64,000 bases of DNA from Mobula hypostoma (taxonomy: Eukaryota). A model generated the notes under the pieces. The model worked only from the letters and a program-made list of their open reading frames with translations, was not told where the DNA came from and made no database searches. Of the stretch, positions 25,370 through 37,345 are shown piece by piece; within the stretch, counting starts at the first letter, position 1, and every line of letters starts with the position of its first letter. The position numbers were made by a program, and so were the translations under genes. The stretch lies in assembly GCF_963921235.1 (NCBI RefSeq), contig NC_086097.1, forward strand, positions 24,120,001-24,184,000, given 5' to 3'.

Positions 25370-25930
25370 AATAAATTCAGGTTTAGTATCACTGACATGA
25401 GTTGTTAGATTTGTTGTTTTGTGCATTTGCTGTCATGTAATACATAAAACAATAGTTTAAATTGCAAGAAGAAAAACTTTAACAAGGTTCTGTAAAAAGA
25501 GAGCAAAAAGTGAGGTGGTTTTCATGGGTTCATGGTCTGTTCAGAAACCCGCTGGCAGAGGAGAAGAAGCTGTTCCTAAAAAAAATGATTGTATGTCTTC
25601 AGACTCCTGTAGCTCATCCCTGATAATAGAAATGAGAAGAGGACATGTCCTGGATGGTGGGGGTCCTTAATGATGGATGCCATCCTCTTGAGTCATCGCC
25701 TTTTGAAGATGTCATTGACGGTGGGGAGGCTAAGTTTACAAACATAAGCTTTTTCCAATCCTGTGCTTTGGAACCTCTATTTCAGGTGGTGATGCAACCA
25801 GTCAGAATGCTCTCCTCGGTGCATCTGTGGAAGTTTGCTAGAGTCTTTGGTAGCATACAAAATCTCGTCAAACTTCTATTGAAGTTTAGCCACTGCCATG
25901 CCTTCTTCATAATTGCATCAAAATGTTAGG
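25370..25930 (-). mobile_element. Rex1/Babar 3' fragment
   Basis: gtgatgcaaccagtcagaatgctctc is the reverse of ESILTGCIT; IIKDPHHP motif. Confidence 0.82.
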
Positions 25931-27149
25931 TGCAGGGTAATTTAGATACAAGCTACAGCAAATTTCTAATATGTGTAAATGTATATGGTAAATAAAGTTG
26001 ATCCTTGATCCTTGATAGTCTCAGAAATATAATTCCATTACTGATTTGTGGAGGGAGTAATACAGTGATGATGTTGACTTATAGAGAGCAATAGAGAGTG
26101 CAGGTTTTTACAAAATGGATTATTACATCAGTAATACAGTTACAATACTGATTTATAGAGAGGGTAATAGTCGTAGAGCACTGTTATAATTATGGTGATT
26201 TAATTGTGCCTGTAATAATTGTAGTACATTTAATATTACATACAGTTCTAATTGTGATTTAATTATGTAACTAATATGATGGAAATTGGATATTTTCTAT
26301 AATTTCTACAAATTGTCTGCAATGGTAATTTGTGCAGTTGCAAATTATATGGCATTATTCCCAGCACCAGTCCCAGTCAGACAACCTGAATATTTCTGCA
26401 TTAATGCTTTGTAGATTTTGTTAATTATTTCATGACTGTCCTTATAATCCAGGCCTTTGCTCAAGCATTTGTTCACACTCTTGCCAAGAATCTGAAAACA
26501 TTGGAAATATTCAGGAGGTCAGTCAGCATCTGAACAGCTAGAAACAAAATTAACATTTCACGTTTTTCATTGGATTAGTTCTCCTTAATTTAAAGATAGA
26601 TCAAAGTCAAAGTAAATTTACCATCAAAATATGTAGATGCCACCATACACTACCCAGAAATCAATTTTCTTGCAGGTATTTACAGGAAAATATAGAAATG
26701 TAATCAAATTTGTGGAAAACTATACTAAGACTTACAAACAACCAATGTGCAAAAGAAGACAAATAGTGCAAATAAAAAATATACAGTATTGAGAACATAT
26801 GTTGTTAGGTCCTTGAAAGTGAGTCTGTAGATTGTGATATTAGTTCAGAGCAGTGGCAAGTGAAGTTATCCACACTAGTTCAGGTGCCCACTGGTTGAAG
26901 GCTAATAACTGTTCCTGAACCTGGTGGTGTGGGACCTAAGGCTCCTGTAACTCTTGTCTGATGGTGGAAGAAAGAAGTGAGCATGGACTGGATGAATGTA
27001 TGCTGCTTTCTTGTAATAGTGCTACAAGTAACTGTGCTCAATGGTGGGGAAGGCTTTTTCTATGGTGGAATGGACTATATCCTGCAGACTTTTCCATTCC
27101 TGGGTATTTATGTTTCCAATAAAGATGAAGATAAGATAGAGAAAGGCTA

Positions 27150-27455
27150 TTAAAGATAAGCTTTACTGTTGCATGTACATCAAGCCATCGAATCATACAG
27201 TGAAATGCATTGTCTGAGGATGAGCGAGACCGAGAATAGTACCGGGGGCAGCCCATGCCTCTGGCACCAATGTAGCAAGTCCACAGCTTGCTGATCATAA
27301 CCAGTACACCTTTGGAATGTGGGAGGAAGCTGGAACAACCGGGGGAAACCCGTGCGGTTACAGGGAGAATGTACAAACTCCTTAAAGACCGTGGTGGGGA
27401 TGAATCCCAGCCGCTGGTGCAGTAAAGCATCACTGTGCTAACAGGCTGCCCCATG
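27150..27455 (-). mobile_element. V-domain SINE
   Basis: tttggaatgtgggaggaagctggaacaaccgggggaaacccgtgcggttacagggagaatgtacaaactcc. Confidence 0.78.
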
Positions 27456-28000
27456 GTAGAATCCTTCACTCCATCAGGAACTGCAACTGAGTGCAAAACT
27501 ACTGCTTCATTTGGAAAGTTCAAAGAGCAGGCAATCTCTTATTATTTTCTGCGCAAGTTTAAAATTGCTTTCCTGCTGTGTCCGTGAGAGATGTATATAC
27601 AGAGAGGTGAGAAGTGACAGAGCAATATACATTGATAAAAGGGCAAGATATTCACAAAAGACAATTTCACTGTCTTTCTTTTTTTCTGGGTAAGTTTTCT
27701 CGTTGTCAATTTCAATGTAGTGACTGGCAGTTCCAGATATTTCACTAGAGAGTTGCACTGATTGTGGGACAGAGAGGAAAGTCGAATCAGTGACGTTTCC
27801 ACATTGACAATCTATGCTGTCGGAAAGAAGAAGCTGCGTGCTGGAGCATTATTAAGTATACAAAAATAACTCATATCATTTGTACCTTAGGCAAACAGTG
27901 TGTGGAAAAAAAAACTGCCTGATTAACATTTCTTTTCACTGATGTAAAATTAAGTTCTTTGTTGATTAATTGGACTTTGCACATCATTTTTTTTCAACAG

Positions 28001-28283
28001 TGCCTTCAGCCTTGGGTAACATTGCTCATCTTCTTAACTTACTGTTTTTCATCTTTTCCTCCCCCCACCCCCTCCACTACACATTTATATTTGAAGTACA
28101 GTGCTTCTTAACAAAGTGGTTCAGTAATGATGATAAATATTGAGGGCAAAGATATCTATCTAAGACTCCAGCATCCCATCATTTACACGAAGAATAAAAG
28201 CATTATTTAAGCGGTTGTTTTGCACAATTAAAATAATATTCATATTCGCCATGGTGAAGAATTTGGCGACTCCTTTACAAATG
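28001..28283 (+). other. Candidate host-gene exon: 5' UTR plus first 11 codons (MVKNLATPLQM); product unidentified
   Basis: Acceptor ttttttttcaacag at 28000; gccATGG at 28251; donor ATG|GTAAGC at 28283 (phase 0); non-repetitive context. No homology recognised. Confidence 0.35.
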
Positions 28284-28934
28284 GTAAGCAGCTTTCTGTC
28301 ATGGCGGTCTGTATCTTGCAGTTCTTGAACAAATTGCTATCAAAGAGGTAATGGAAAAAAAAGAGGTAAAATTGCTAAAAAGAGGTAATGGAATTGTTAG
28401 CTGGCTCAAATGTGAATGATTCTCTTGGGCCCGATGAGATGTATCCCAGGCTGCTTTAGGAAGCTAGGTGGAGCTTGCTGAGGCGCTGACAGAAAATGTC
28501 AAGTTTTCACTGAATCTGTAGGTAGTGGAAACAGTTCAGAGTTGTGGCGAGTGAAGTTTTCCATTCTGGTTCTAGAGTCTGATGGCTGTAGGGTAATAAC
28601 TGCTCCTGAACCTGGTGGTGTGGGACCTAAGGATCCTGTACCTCTGTCCCAATGGTAGTAATTGGATTGTGGGCGTCTTTGATCATTGATACTGTTTTCT
28701 TGTGGCTGAGGTCTATGTATAGTAAATGTGCTCAATAGTAGGCTTTGCCTGTGATGGACTGGGCTGTAGCCACCAATTTCTGTAGACGTTTCCGCCCTGG
28801 TCATTGAGCTTCCAGACCATGCAACTGAATAGGATACTTTCCACTGTGCATCTGTAGAAGTTTGTCAAATTTTTATCTGCTGTTTTGTATATACAGGTAC
28901 ATTAACAGTCTGGAAGTAAAAGAAGGAGGTAACA

Positions 28935-29355
28935 TTATATTATGTGACTCAGGATTTTGGACAATATCTAGTAACATGAGGAAGCGAATTGAAGCAGCAG
29001 AGATGTGGTTTTTGAGGAGGATGGAAAGAATATCATGGACGAAATGAATATCTGATGAGGATGTCATGAACAGAGCAAACACAAAAAGAGAAATAATGTA
29101 TGAGATCATGAAATGGCAACGTAACTTCATTGGCTATGTGATTAGGAAAGAGGAGTTAGAATGCACGGTAATTATGGGAAAGATTGAAGGGAAGAAAGCA
29201 AGAGGAAGACAAAGACAGATGATGATGGAGACAGCAGCCAGAGAACTGGAAATGAATAGCAATGATTTGATCCACTTGACCCGAAACAGGAGTGTGTGGG
29301 CCATGACAGTCAAAGCTCAAACTGGGCACAGCACCTGATGATGATGAAGATGATG
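28935..29355 (+). mobile_element. RTE-clade LINE 3' end
   Basis: WTI..MRKRIEAAEMWFLRRM.RISWT and FIGYVIRKEELE...MGKIEGKKARGRQR; (GAT)n tail. Confidence 0.88.
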
Positions 29356-29554
29356 AATATTACCAATTTCATGGGGGGGGGAATAATTGTTGATAGTACG
29401 TGGGGCAAAGCAATAGGGATAAATTATTAAATTGGTTTATTATTGTCACCTGACGTGAGGTACAGTGGAAATCTTTGTCTTGTATGTCATCCATACAAAG
29501 TGTTTCATCACATCAATGAGCAAGGTAATACAAGGGAAAAGCAATAACAGAATG

Positions 29555-30180
29555 TCAAGTTTGACAACTGGGCAAAAAAATTAGCAGATAGAATTTAATC
29601 CAAAGAATGTGAGGTCATGTATTTTAAAATAACCAGTTAGGGTAAGATCCGTACATTGAACTTAGGAATCTTAGGTGTAGTAAGGGAAGAATAGGAAGAA
29701 TAATAGGCCTGGATAGAGAAGTAGTGGAGAGCATGTTTGCAATAGTGGTGAAGACTAAGACTCGAGGGCAGAGCCTCAGAGTATAATGATATCCCTTTAG
29801 TACAGAGATGAAGAGAATTCCTTTAGAGAGAAGTGGAAAATCTGTGGAATTCATTGCCACAGGTGACAGTCGAGACCAATGTTATTCTGTACATTGAAAG
29901 TGACAACAAGGAAACTTTCCCAGAAAAAAAAGAAACACAGTGAAATTGTCTTTTGTAAATATCTTGCCCTTTTATTAATGTATATAGTTCTGTCACCTCT
30001 CACCTTGCTGTACATGCATCTTTCACTGCGATTGGTACGTTCTTGTCTAATAATTGGCGTCAAAGGTCTCGGGGAAAAGGCAGAAGAACGGGGTTGAGAG
30101 GCATAATAAATAAGCCATGATGGAATGGCAGTGCAGGCTCAATTGCCTAATACGGCTCTTATGTCTTTTGGTCTTATAGA
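29555..30180 (+). mobile_element. CR1 3' fragment containing a foreign insert at ~29880-30040
   Basis: tgtggaattcattgccacag...[insert]...gtcaaaggtctcggggaaaaggcag, collinear with other CR1 3' ends. Confidence 0.75.
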
Positions 30181-31272
30181 AGAGTTACAGGGGTTTCAAC
30201 AAAAAAGTTTTCATCCAGATTAGATAGGCTGGCATAGATGTGGTGAGCTGCAGATGTCTCCTAGATGTCTGACTTTATGAATTATTAATCAGTAGCATCT
30301 AGGAATGGATTAAATCCCTATTAACCAAGATCTTCATTCCAGTGATAGCTTCTTATCTGACACCCTCCCCTAACCCTGCCCTCATCCTCAATTTCATTCT
30401 CACCGTCCTTTGAGACCAGATCTTGGGCTGACTTTGCAAAAAGCTGTGGAATCCCATCTGTAAATCTCTCTGATCTATTAAATCTCTTCCTCTTTAACAC
30501 ACTCACCAGCCTTATCGTGTACCACTTTGACTTCGAAGTAACATTCCTTCCCAATCTGATGAACTGTGCAACTTCTCATCCATATTAAAGGTGCAATAGA
30601 AATGCAAGTTATTCTTATCGGAAACAGAAGAGATGAAAAATTGGAAATGCTTCTACGTATAAGTTTTTTTTGTCATTTAACATCTTCTAAATTTTGAAAC
30701 AAAGAATTTTGAGGGAATTATAATGCCTATTGTTTTAATTAATAAGAATGTACTGACAGATCTCCCATGGCATTGTTAATGTATTGTTTTTCTGTCAAGC
30801 ATGTAGAAGCTAATTGAGCTCACCCAGAAAGTGCTTAGCAACTTCAGGTCTGTCTCCTTCAATTCCATCAACTCATAATTAGTTTACTGATGTTGCCACC
30901 AATGTAAGATCAATTCAGAAGAAACCTAAGACAATAAGACATAGGAGCAGAATTAGGCCACTTGGCCCATCAAGTGTGCTCCGTCATTCCATCATAGTTC
31001 ATTTGTTATTCCTCTCCTCCCTTCCCCTGTCTTCTCCCCGTAACCCTTGAAGCCTTTTCTAATCAGGAGCCTATGAATCTCCACTTTAAATGTACCCAAT
31101 GACTAGGCAATAAATTCCACAGATTCACCACCATCTGGCTAAAGAAATTTCTCTTCATCTGTTTTCTAAAGGGACATCCTTGTAATCTGAAGCTGTGTTC
31201 TCTGTTCTTAGATTCTGGTGCTACTGGAAAATCCTCTCCACTTCCTCTCTATCTAGGCCTTTCAGTATTTGA

Positions 31273-31588
31273 GATGGGCACATGGCCAAGTGGTTAAGGC
31301 ATTGGACTAGCGACCTGAAGGTCGTGAGTTCGAGCCCCAGCTGAGGGAACGTGTTGTGTCCTTGAGCAAGGCACTTAATCACACAGTGTTCTGCGATGAC
31401 ACCAGTGCCAAGGTGTATGGGTCCTAATGCCCTTCCCTTGGACAACATTGGTGTCGTGGAGAGGGGAGACTTGCAGCATGGGCAACTGCTGGTCTTCCAT
31501 ACAACCTTGCCCAGGCCTGTGCCTTGGAGAGTGAAGACTTCCCAGGCGCAGATTCATGGTCTTGCAAGACTCACGGATGCCTTAAGTA
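31273..31588 (+). mobile_element. tRNA-derived SINE with probable 9-bp TSD
   Basis: A box tggccaagtgg, B box gttcgagcc, then tgtgtccttgagcaaggcacttaa (CORE-like); flanks agtatttga / agcatttga. Confidence 0.82.
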
Positions 31589-31754
31589 AGCATTTGATAG
31601 GTTTCAATGAGGTCCCCCCCCTCCCCCCACCGTTATTCTTCTACACTCTAGCGAGCACAAGCCTGGAGACATTAAACACTCCTCATATGCTCACCCTTCC
31701 ATTTTTAGGATCATTTTCATGAACCTTCTGTGGACCCTCTCCAATGCCGGCACT

Positions 31755-33140
31755 GGTCATTCCACTATGGGAAGGATGTTGAGGGTTTGGAGAGGGTGCA
31801 GAAGAGGTTTACCAGGATGCTGCCTGGATTGCAGGTCATGTGCTATCATAAGAGGCTCGATAAACTTGGGTTGTTTTCTCTAGGCTAAGGGGAGATCTGA
31901 TAGAGGTTTACAAGATTAGGAGAGGCATAGATAGAGTGGACAGAGAGTATCTGTTTTCCAAGGTTGAAATGTCTAATACCAGAGGGCAAGCATTGAAGGC
32001 GAGAGGGGGTAGGTTCAAGGGCCAAATGAGGGGTAAGTTTTTTACTCAGAGAGTCATAGATGCCTGGAATTCTCTGCTTGGTATGGTGGTAGAGGCAAAT
32101 ACATTACTTTATACTTTATACTTTATTGTCGCCAAATAATTGGTACTAGAACGTACAATCATCACAGCGATATTTGATTCTGCGCTTCACACTCCCTGAA
32201 TTACAAATATACACTCCCTGGATTACAAATATTAAATATTAAAAATAGTTAAAATTAGTAAATATTAAAAATTTAAATTATAAGTCATAAATAGAAAATA
32301 GAAAAATGGGAAGTAAGGTAGTGCAAAAAAAAACCGAGAAGCAGGTCCGGATATTTGGAGGGTACGGCTCAGATCCGGGTCAGGATCCGTTCAGCAGTCT
32401 TATCACAGTTGGAAAGAAGCTGTTTCCAAATCTGGCCGTATGAGTCTTCAAGCTCCTGAGCCTTCTCCCGGAGGGAAGAGGGATGAACAGTGTGTTGGCT
32501 GGGTGGGTCGTGTCCTTGATTATCCTGGCAGCACTGCTCCGACAGCGTGTGGTGTAAAGTGAATCCACGGACGGTAGATTGGTTTGCGTGATGTGCTGCG
32601 CTGTGTTCACGATCTTCTGCAGCTTCTTTCGGTCTTCGACAGGACAACTTCCATACCAGGTTGTGATGCACCCTAGAAGAATGCTTTCTACGGTGTATCT
32701 ATAAAAATTAGTGAGGGTTTTAGGGGACAGGCCAAATTTCTTTAGTTTTCTCAGGAAGTAAAGGCGCTGGTGGGCCTTCTTGGCAGTGGACTCTGCTTGG
32801 TTGGACCAAGTCAGGTCATTTGTGATATTGACCCCGAGGAATTTAAAGCTTTTGACCTGTTCCACTTGCGCACCACCGATGTAAATTGGGTCGTGCGGTC
32901 CGCTATTCCTTTTGAAGTCAACAACCAATTCCTTCGTCTTGCTGACGTTGAGGGATAGGTTATTGTCTTCGCACCATGCCACCAGGATTTTAAGAGACTT
33001 TTGCATAGGCATGTGGATGTAAGGAAGATGGAGGGATATGGACATGGTGTAGCGAGGAGGAATCAGTGTTTGGGTGTTTTTGATCTGCTTTTTATCTGGT
33101 AATTGGCCTGTTCCTGTGCTGTACTCTTCTATCTATCTAT
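31755..33140 (+). mobile_element. CR1 3' fragment split by a Rex1 insertion
   Basis: LERVQKRFTRMLPGL and TRG..LK..FFTQRVI.AWN.L; resumes at tttaagagac near 32990. Confidence 0.85.
32106..32985 (-). mobile_element. Young Rex1/Babar 3' fragment with an open ~200-codon ORF
   Basis: ORF 32380..33045 WCEDNNLSLNVSKTKELVVDF...FKFLGVNIT..L.W...QRLYFLRKLKKF...; (TATAAAG)n tail. Confidence 0.93.
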
Positions 33141-33704
33141 TCTTTCTTAGATAAGGGGCCCAAATAGCTCATAATACACCAAATGTGGCCAGACTAATGC
33201 CTGATAAAGATTCAGCATTACATCCATTCAAACTTTATTTTGAGGATTGGAAGAAATTCTTGGATTTTGTTCAGACATTTCACAACTGTGGGGTAAGCAA
33301 GAACACTTCAGAGCCAAGGAACTGCAGTTGAAGTGTTGCAACATTGCAAGCACTTTGCACAGTGCCACCTCTCACAAACAGGGATGGAGCCAGATAATCT
33401 CTTCCAGTTATATTAATTAAGGAATAAGTCATGGCAGGAGCCCTGGTCAGGACTCCCTTTGCCCTGTCTAGAACCAGTAGGAGATCATGCATTGAGCAGC
33501 TGGAGCAGTTTGACAGTGCAATGTCAACTATAGATTTTTTCCTACAAAGAGGGACCTGCTCCAAGAGCCTGCTGGCCTGTGCTCACCGAGCCACGACTGG
33601 GAGAAGAATATGTTGCCGTCAGCTGTGTGGAGTGGTTGCAGTCACTACTACAGGCGAGCCAGGCGAGAACGTGGATCACCACATTTAAAGATATTAAAAT
33701 TAAA

Positions 33705-33985
33705 GATTTAATTCTCCCATGTACATCGCATTTCAAAACATGCACTGTTTATGTCAACGATCAACAGTGTCAGAAAATGTGCTGGAGACGGCCCACAATT
33801 GTTGCCTTGCTTCTGGCTCACAATTTACTAATCCTAACCCATACATCTTTGGACTGTGGGAGGATACTGGAGCACCTGGGGGAAACCCATGCTGTCATGG
33901 GGAGAACATACAAACTCCTTACGGATAGTGGGGGAAATTGAACCCCGAGCTCTGCTTGCCAGTGTAAAGCATTACACTACCATAT
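33705..33985 (-). mobile_element. V-domain SINE
   Basis: V-domain reverse complement plus gaaattgaaccc (reverse B box). Confidence 0.78.
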
Positions 33986-34265
33986 CACCCTACCTACCCA
34001 CATTTACCTACATGGGCCCAACGTGGAAAGCAGCAGTGGCTGACTGAATCCGGGAGTCGAAAGCACAGGGTATCTCAGTAGAGAGTGTACCTCTACTCAG
34101 ATTCTGCCTCTAGAATCCTCTATCAGCCTGTGAGCAAGCAGGGGGAAGGGTGGGGGAGGTTTCCTTAAGTCAAACTCTTCCCTGTGGCTTTTCGAAAATG
34201 TCTCTGATATTTTTAAAAACATTAAATTAACATTTTAAAAAAATATATTTTCATTGATGCGAATG

Positions 34266-36081
34266 CAGTTGGTTCAAGCTAATTGGGCCATTGGTTAATT
34301 GGGGCAGCCGTGTATTTGAGACATTCCTTAAAGATTAAAATATAGTTGAGAAAGTAGCCAGGATTTCCTTCATTTACTTGAGTCACTATGCGGCTTAATT
34401 AGGACAGGAGTCTGTTGCCAGACATTCTCTAAGCCAGCGGTCCCCAACCACCGGGCTGCGGACTGGTACCGGGCCACGAGGAAATGATATGATTTGGCGA
34501 TATGAGTCAGCTGCACCATTCCTCATTCCCTGTCACGCCCACTGTTGAGCTTGAACGCACGCGAGGTCATTACTCACGCGTCGTCCATGTCAGCGCGGGA
34601 AGGAGATCAACTCCTCGAGCTTGCAGATGATGGTGGGCTGAAAAGTATGTTTGACGTAACATCTCTGCCGGCATTCCAGATCAAAGTCAAGGCTGAATAT
34701 CCTGAGATAGCCACGAAAGCACTGAAAATGTTGCTTCCATTTCCAACATTTTCCTGCAATGAATGCAAGGAAAACTATATTGCGGAATAGACTGGACATA
34801 AGGAACCCCTTTCGAGTATCGCTGTCTCCCGTCACCCCTCGATAGGACCGTGTTGTTGCAGGAAAACAAGCCCAGGGCTCCCTCTGATTCAGCGATATTG
34901 GTGTGTTGCAATGATTTTACATGTTCATACAGGGAAAATATGTGTGTGTTTAATATCCAAACATTACTTAAAATGTTATGATGCTACTGACTTACTTACA
35001 TAACCATATAACAATTACAGCACGGAAACAGGCCATCTCGGCCTTTCTAGTCCGTGCCGAACGCTACTCTCACCTAGTCCCACCGACCTGCACTCAGCCC
35101 ATAACCCTCCATTCCTTTCCTGTCCATATAGCTGTCCAATTTTTCTTTAAATGATAATATCAAACCTACTGGAAGTTTGTTCAACACTTACCTAGAGCTC
35201 CCCTGATAATTGACTTATCACTACATTCATGCAAAAAAAATATGCGCTGTGTGTTTAATATTAAATTCGTTAGATAAACCCTTTAAGAAATGAAATTGAG
35301 TGTATTAGCCACTTATCTCCTATATTCTAGTCGTGATTAACACTCCCATTCCCCCCCCCCAACAGAATCGCCAAAAAGGATTTGCAGGAAAAAAGCAGGT
35401 CACAACGCACATGCGCACTGGTGCCCGCGCAAGGCTTCATGGTCATTGTAGGCTTTCTCGGGGTAAACACAACGTATTTGACTGCTACTCTTGTCCGTTG
35501 GCAACCCTACGCCCCCCCCCACCCCCCGGGGTCAGCCGGTCCGCAAGAATATTGTCAATATTAAACCGGTCCGCAGTGCAAAAAAGGTTGGGGACCCCTG
35601 TTCTAAGCATTGTCAATGGCGTGCACTTGTTTGGCCATTAGACACTCTGGTGGGAACAGGTTTTAAATAGCATCAGCTGCAAATACTTGTGTTTTGTTAT
35701 CCATGTGGGCCGACGGATGCTGATTCAAACCGCAGTGGTTTTTTGATAGTTTTTTTAAATGTGACTTCATGCGCTAGGTGTCTGTACTGATTTTGTTAAC
35801 TTACAGTCAAACAAAAGAACTCAACAAAGTGCAAAGGATAAATTCCTCCATCGATAACTATTAGGAACTAATATAGTTTTATAGTATTATATTGGTATTG
35901 ATAGCATTGTAATTTGTTCTGTTTTTCATTTAAATACATAAATTGTTACTCAGTTAAATAGTAGTTTATCTTTTTTATATCTTCTAATTATTTCCATGGA
36001 ACTTGGACTACTTAGTGCAGCTGCATAATTGAGGCAAAATGTACTGGTCCCGATGTGTCCCAAATAAACAAGAATCCACTG
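34266..36081. mobile_element. Tigger/pogo-like MITE hosting the Charlie insertion
   Basis: Imperfect TIRs cagttggttcaagctaattggg / cccaaataaacaagaatccactg followed by TA on the right; subterminal taattggg repeats. Confidence 0.55.
34435..35600 (+). mobile_element. Non-autonomous hAT-Charlie/Buster element with transposase C-terminal remnant and internal CR1 tail
   Basis: TIRs cagcggtccccaacc / ggttggggacccctg; TSD ctctaagc / ttctaagc; LP.F.IKVK.EYPEIATKALK.LLPFPT...KQAQGS (hAT dimerisation domain). Confidence 0.92.
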
Positions 36082-36119
36082 TACTGAAAATAAACTAAAA
36101 GTACAATATAGATTAATCA

Positions 36120-37345
36120 AGATCATGTTATAGCGTTGTAGGTGGGGTGAATGCTTGCAGGCTTTCCCCTCTCAGGCTGGTTGAAACCGGAACTAGAGTT
36201 CATAGGTTTAGGGTGAGAGGTGAAATATGTAAGGGTAGTCTGAGGGGGGATTTCTTCACTTAGAGGATGGTATAAGTGTAGAACGAGCAGCTGGTAGAAG
36301 TGTTATATGTCCATACAATTGTAACATTTAAGGAGAGTTATGGAGGGCTATGGTCTGTGTGTAGGTAGATGGAACTACACAGAAGGCCAGGCTGACACAG
36401 ACTGGGTGGGCCAAAGGGATTGTTTCTGTGTTTTAGGTCCGAGGTTGCCTTGCATTGGAACAGCTGAATGCCGGCGAGAGCTAGCACAGTGCGATCCACT
36501 GAACAGTAAGAACCAGAAGAGGCGATGAGATGATGCAGCTTTTAAAACTACTCTCTCACAACTCCTGTGACTCAGGCTGTCTCCAACTCTATTCAATTCT
36601 TTCCTTTGGCCTTAAAAACTGTGGATCTTCTTATCCTGGTGTCTTGGATCAATGTTTAACCACAATGCAACAGCTCAGCAGGCCATAAATGCCCCAAAGT
36701 TGCCAAGCAAGTTGAGAAGATATTTAAGAAGGTGTGTAGTGTGTTGGCCTTCCCTTAGTTGGGGGATTGAGTTCAAGAGCCGCCAGGTAATGTTGCAACT
36801 CTATAAAATCCTGGTTTAGACCACACTTGGAACATCATGTTCTGTTCTGGTCACCTTTTTATAGGAAGGGTATGGAACATTTTTGAGAGGGTGCAGAGGA
36901 GATTTACCAGGATGCTGTCTGGAGTAGAGAGCATGTCTTATGAGGAAATGTTGAGTGAGTTAGGGCTTTTCTGTTTGGAGTGAAGGAGGATAAGAGGTGA
37001 CGTAATAGAGGTGGACAAGATGCACAGATCGATCAGACAACCAGAGACTTTTTCCCAGAGTGGAAATGGTTCATATGAGGGGGCACAATTTTAAGATAAT
37101 TGGAGGAAAGTATGGGTGGATGTCAGAGGTAAGTTCTTTATACAGAAAGTGCTGTGTGCGTGGAATGCCCTGCTGTGGGTGGTGGTAGTGGCAGCTCCAT
37201 TGAGGGCATTGAAGAAACTCTTAGATAGGCACATGGATGATATGTACGTGGGAAGGGTTAGATTGATAGGGGCAGGTTAAAAGTTCGGCACAACATTGTG
37301 GGCTGATGGATCTGTACTGTGCTGTTTTGTTCTGTGTTCTATGTT
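36120..37345 (+). mobile_element. Two CR1 3' fragments (36120-36436 and 36700-37345)
   Basis: RGIEFKS..VMLQLYK..RPHLE and ERVQRRFTRML remnants; CR1 UTRs. Confidence 0.8.

Larger units (their letters stand above)
2960..26350 (+). repeat. Ancient degenerate 34-bp tandem array (approximate consensus AGTGTCAGTAATACAGTTACAATGCTGATTGAAT), split into about 13 blocks by TE insertions
   Basis: 34-nt spacing of the CAG(T) anchor counted at 10121/10155, 10174/10208/10242 and 17446/17480/17514/17548; unit starts at 19101/19135/19169/19203; same orientation in all blocks. Confidence 0.85.
30928..33225 (-). mobile_element. CR1 host of a nested cluster (own sequence at 30928-31272, 31589-31752, ~33141-33225)
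   Basis: Reverse CR1 UTR/ORF is collinear across the inserts: ctctccaatgccggcac resumes at tttcttagataaggggcccaa. Confidence 0.78.

Noticed and set aside
2960..26350. 34-bp repeats with a dyad as a CRISPR-like array
   Set aside because: Units are directly abutting with no unique spacers, are highly diverged, have no cas genes nearby, and the context is eukaryotic
28120..28200. C/D box snoRNA (ATGATGA at ~28127)
   Set aside because: No suitably placed CTGA D box or terminal stem
31276..31350. tRNA gene (also 58094-58165)
   Set aside because: A and B boxes are present, but no acceptor stem or terminator; the sequence continues into a SINE body
32380..33045. 221-aa ORF as a domesticated gene
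   Set aside because: 5'-truncated Rex1 C-terminus whose start codon comes from flanking antisense CR1; openness is explained by young age
33245..33292. Possible 48-nt exon DWKKFLDFVQTFHNCG ending in GTAAGC
   Set aside because: Weak GAG acceptor adjacent to a CR1 fragment and no recognisable homology; not supportable without RNA data
36437..36504. Possible exon after tgtgttttag with a GTAAGA donor
   Set aside because: Acceptor derives from a CR1 tail and no frame gives a recognisable peptide
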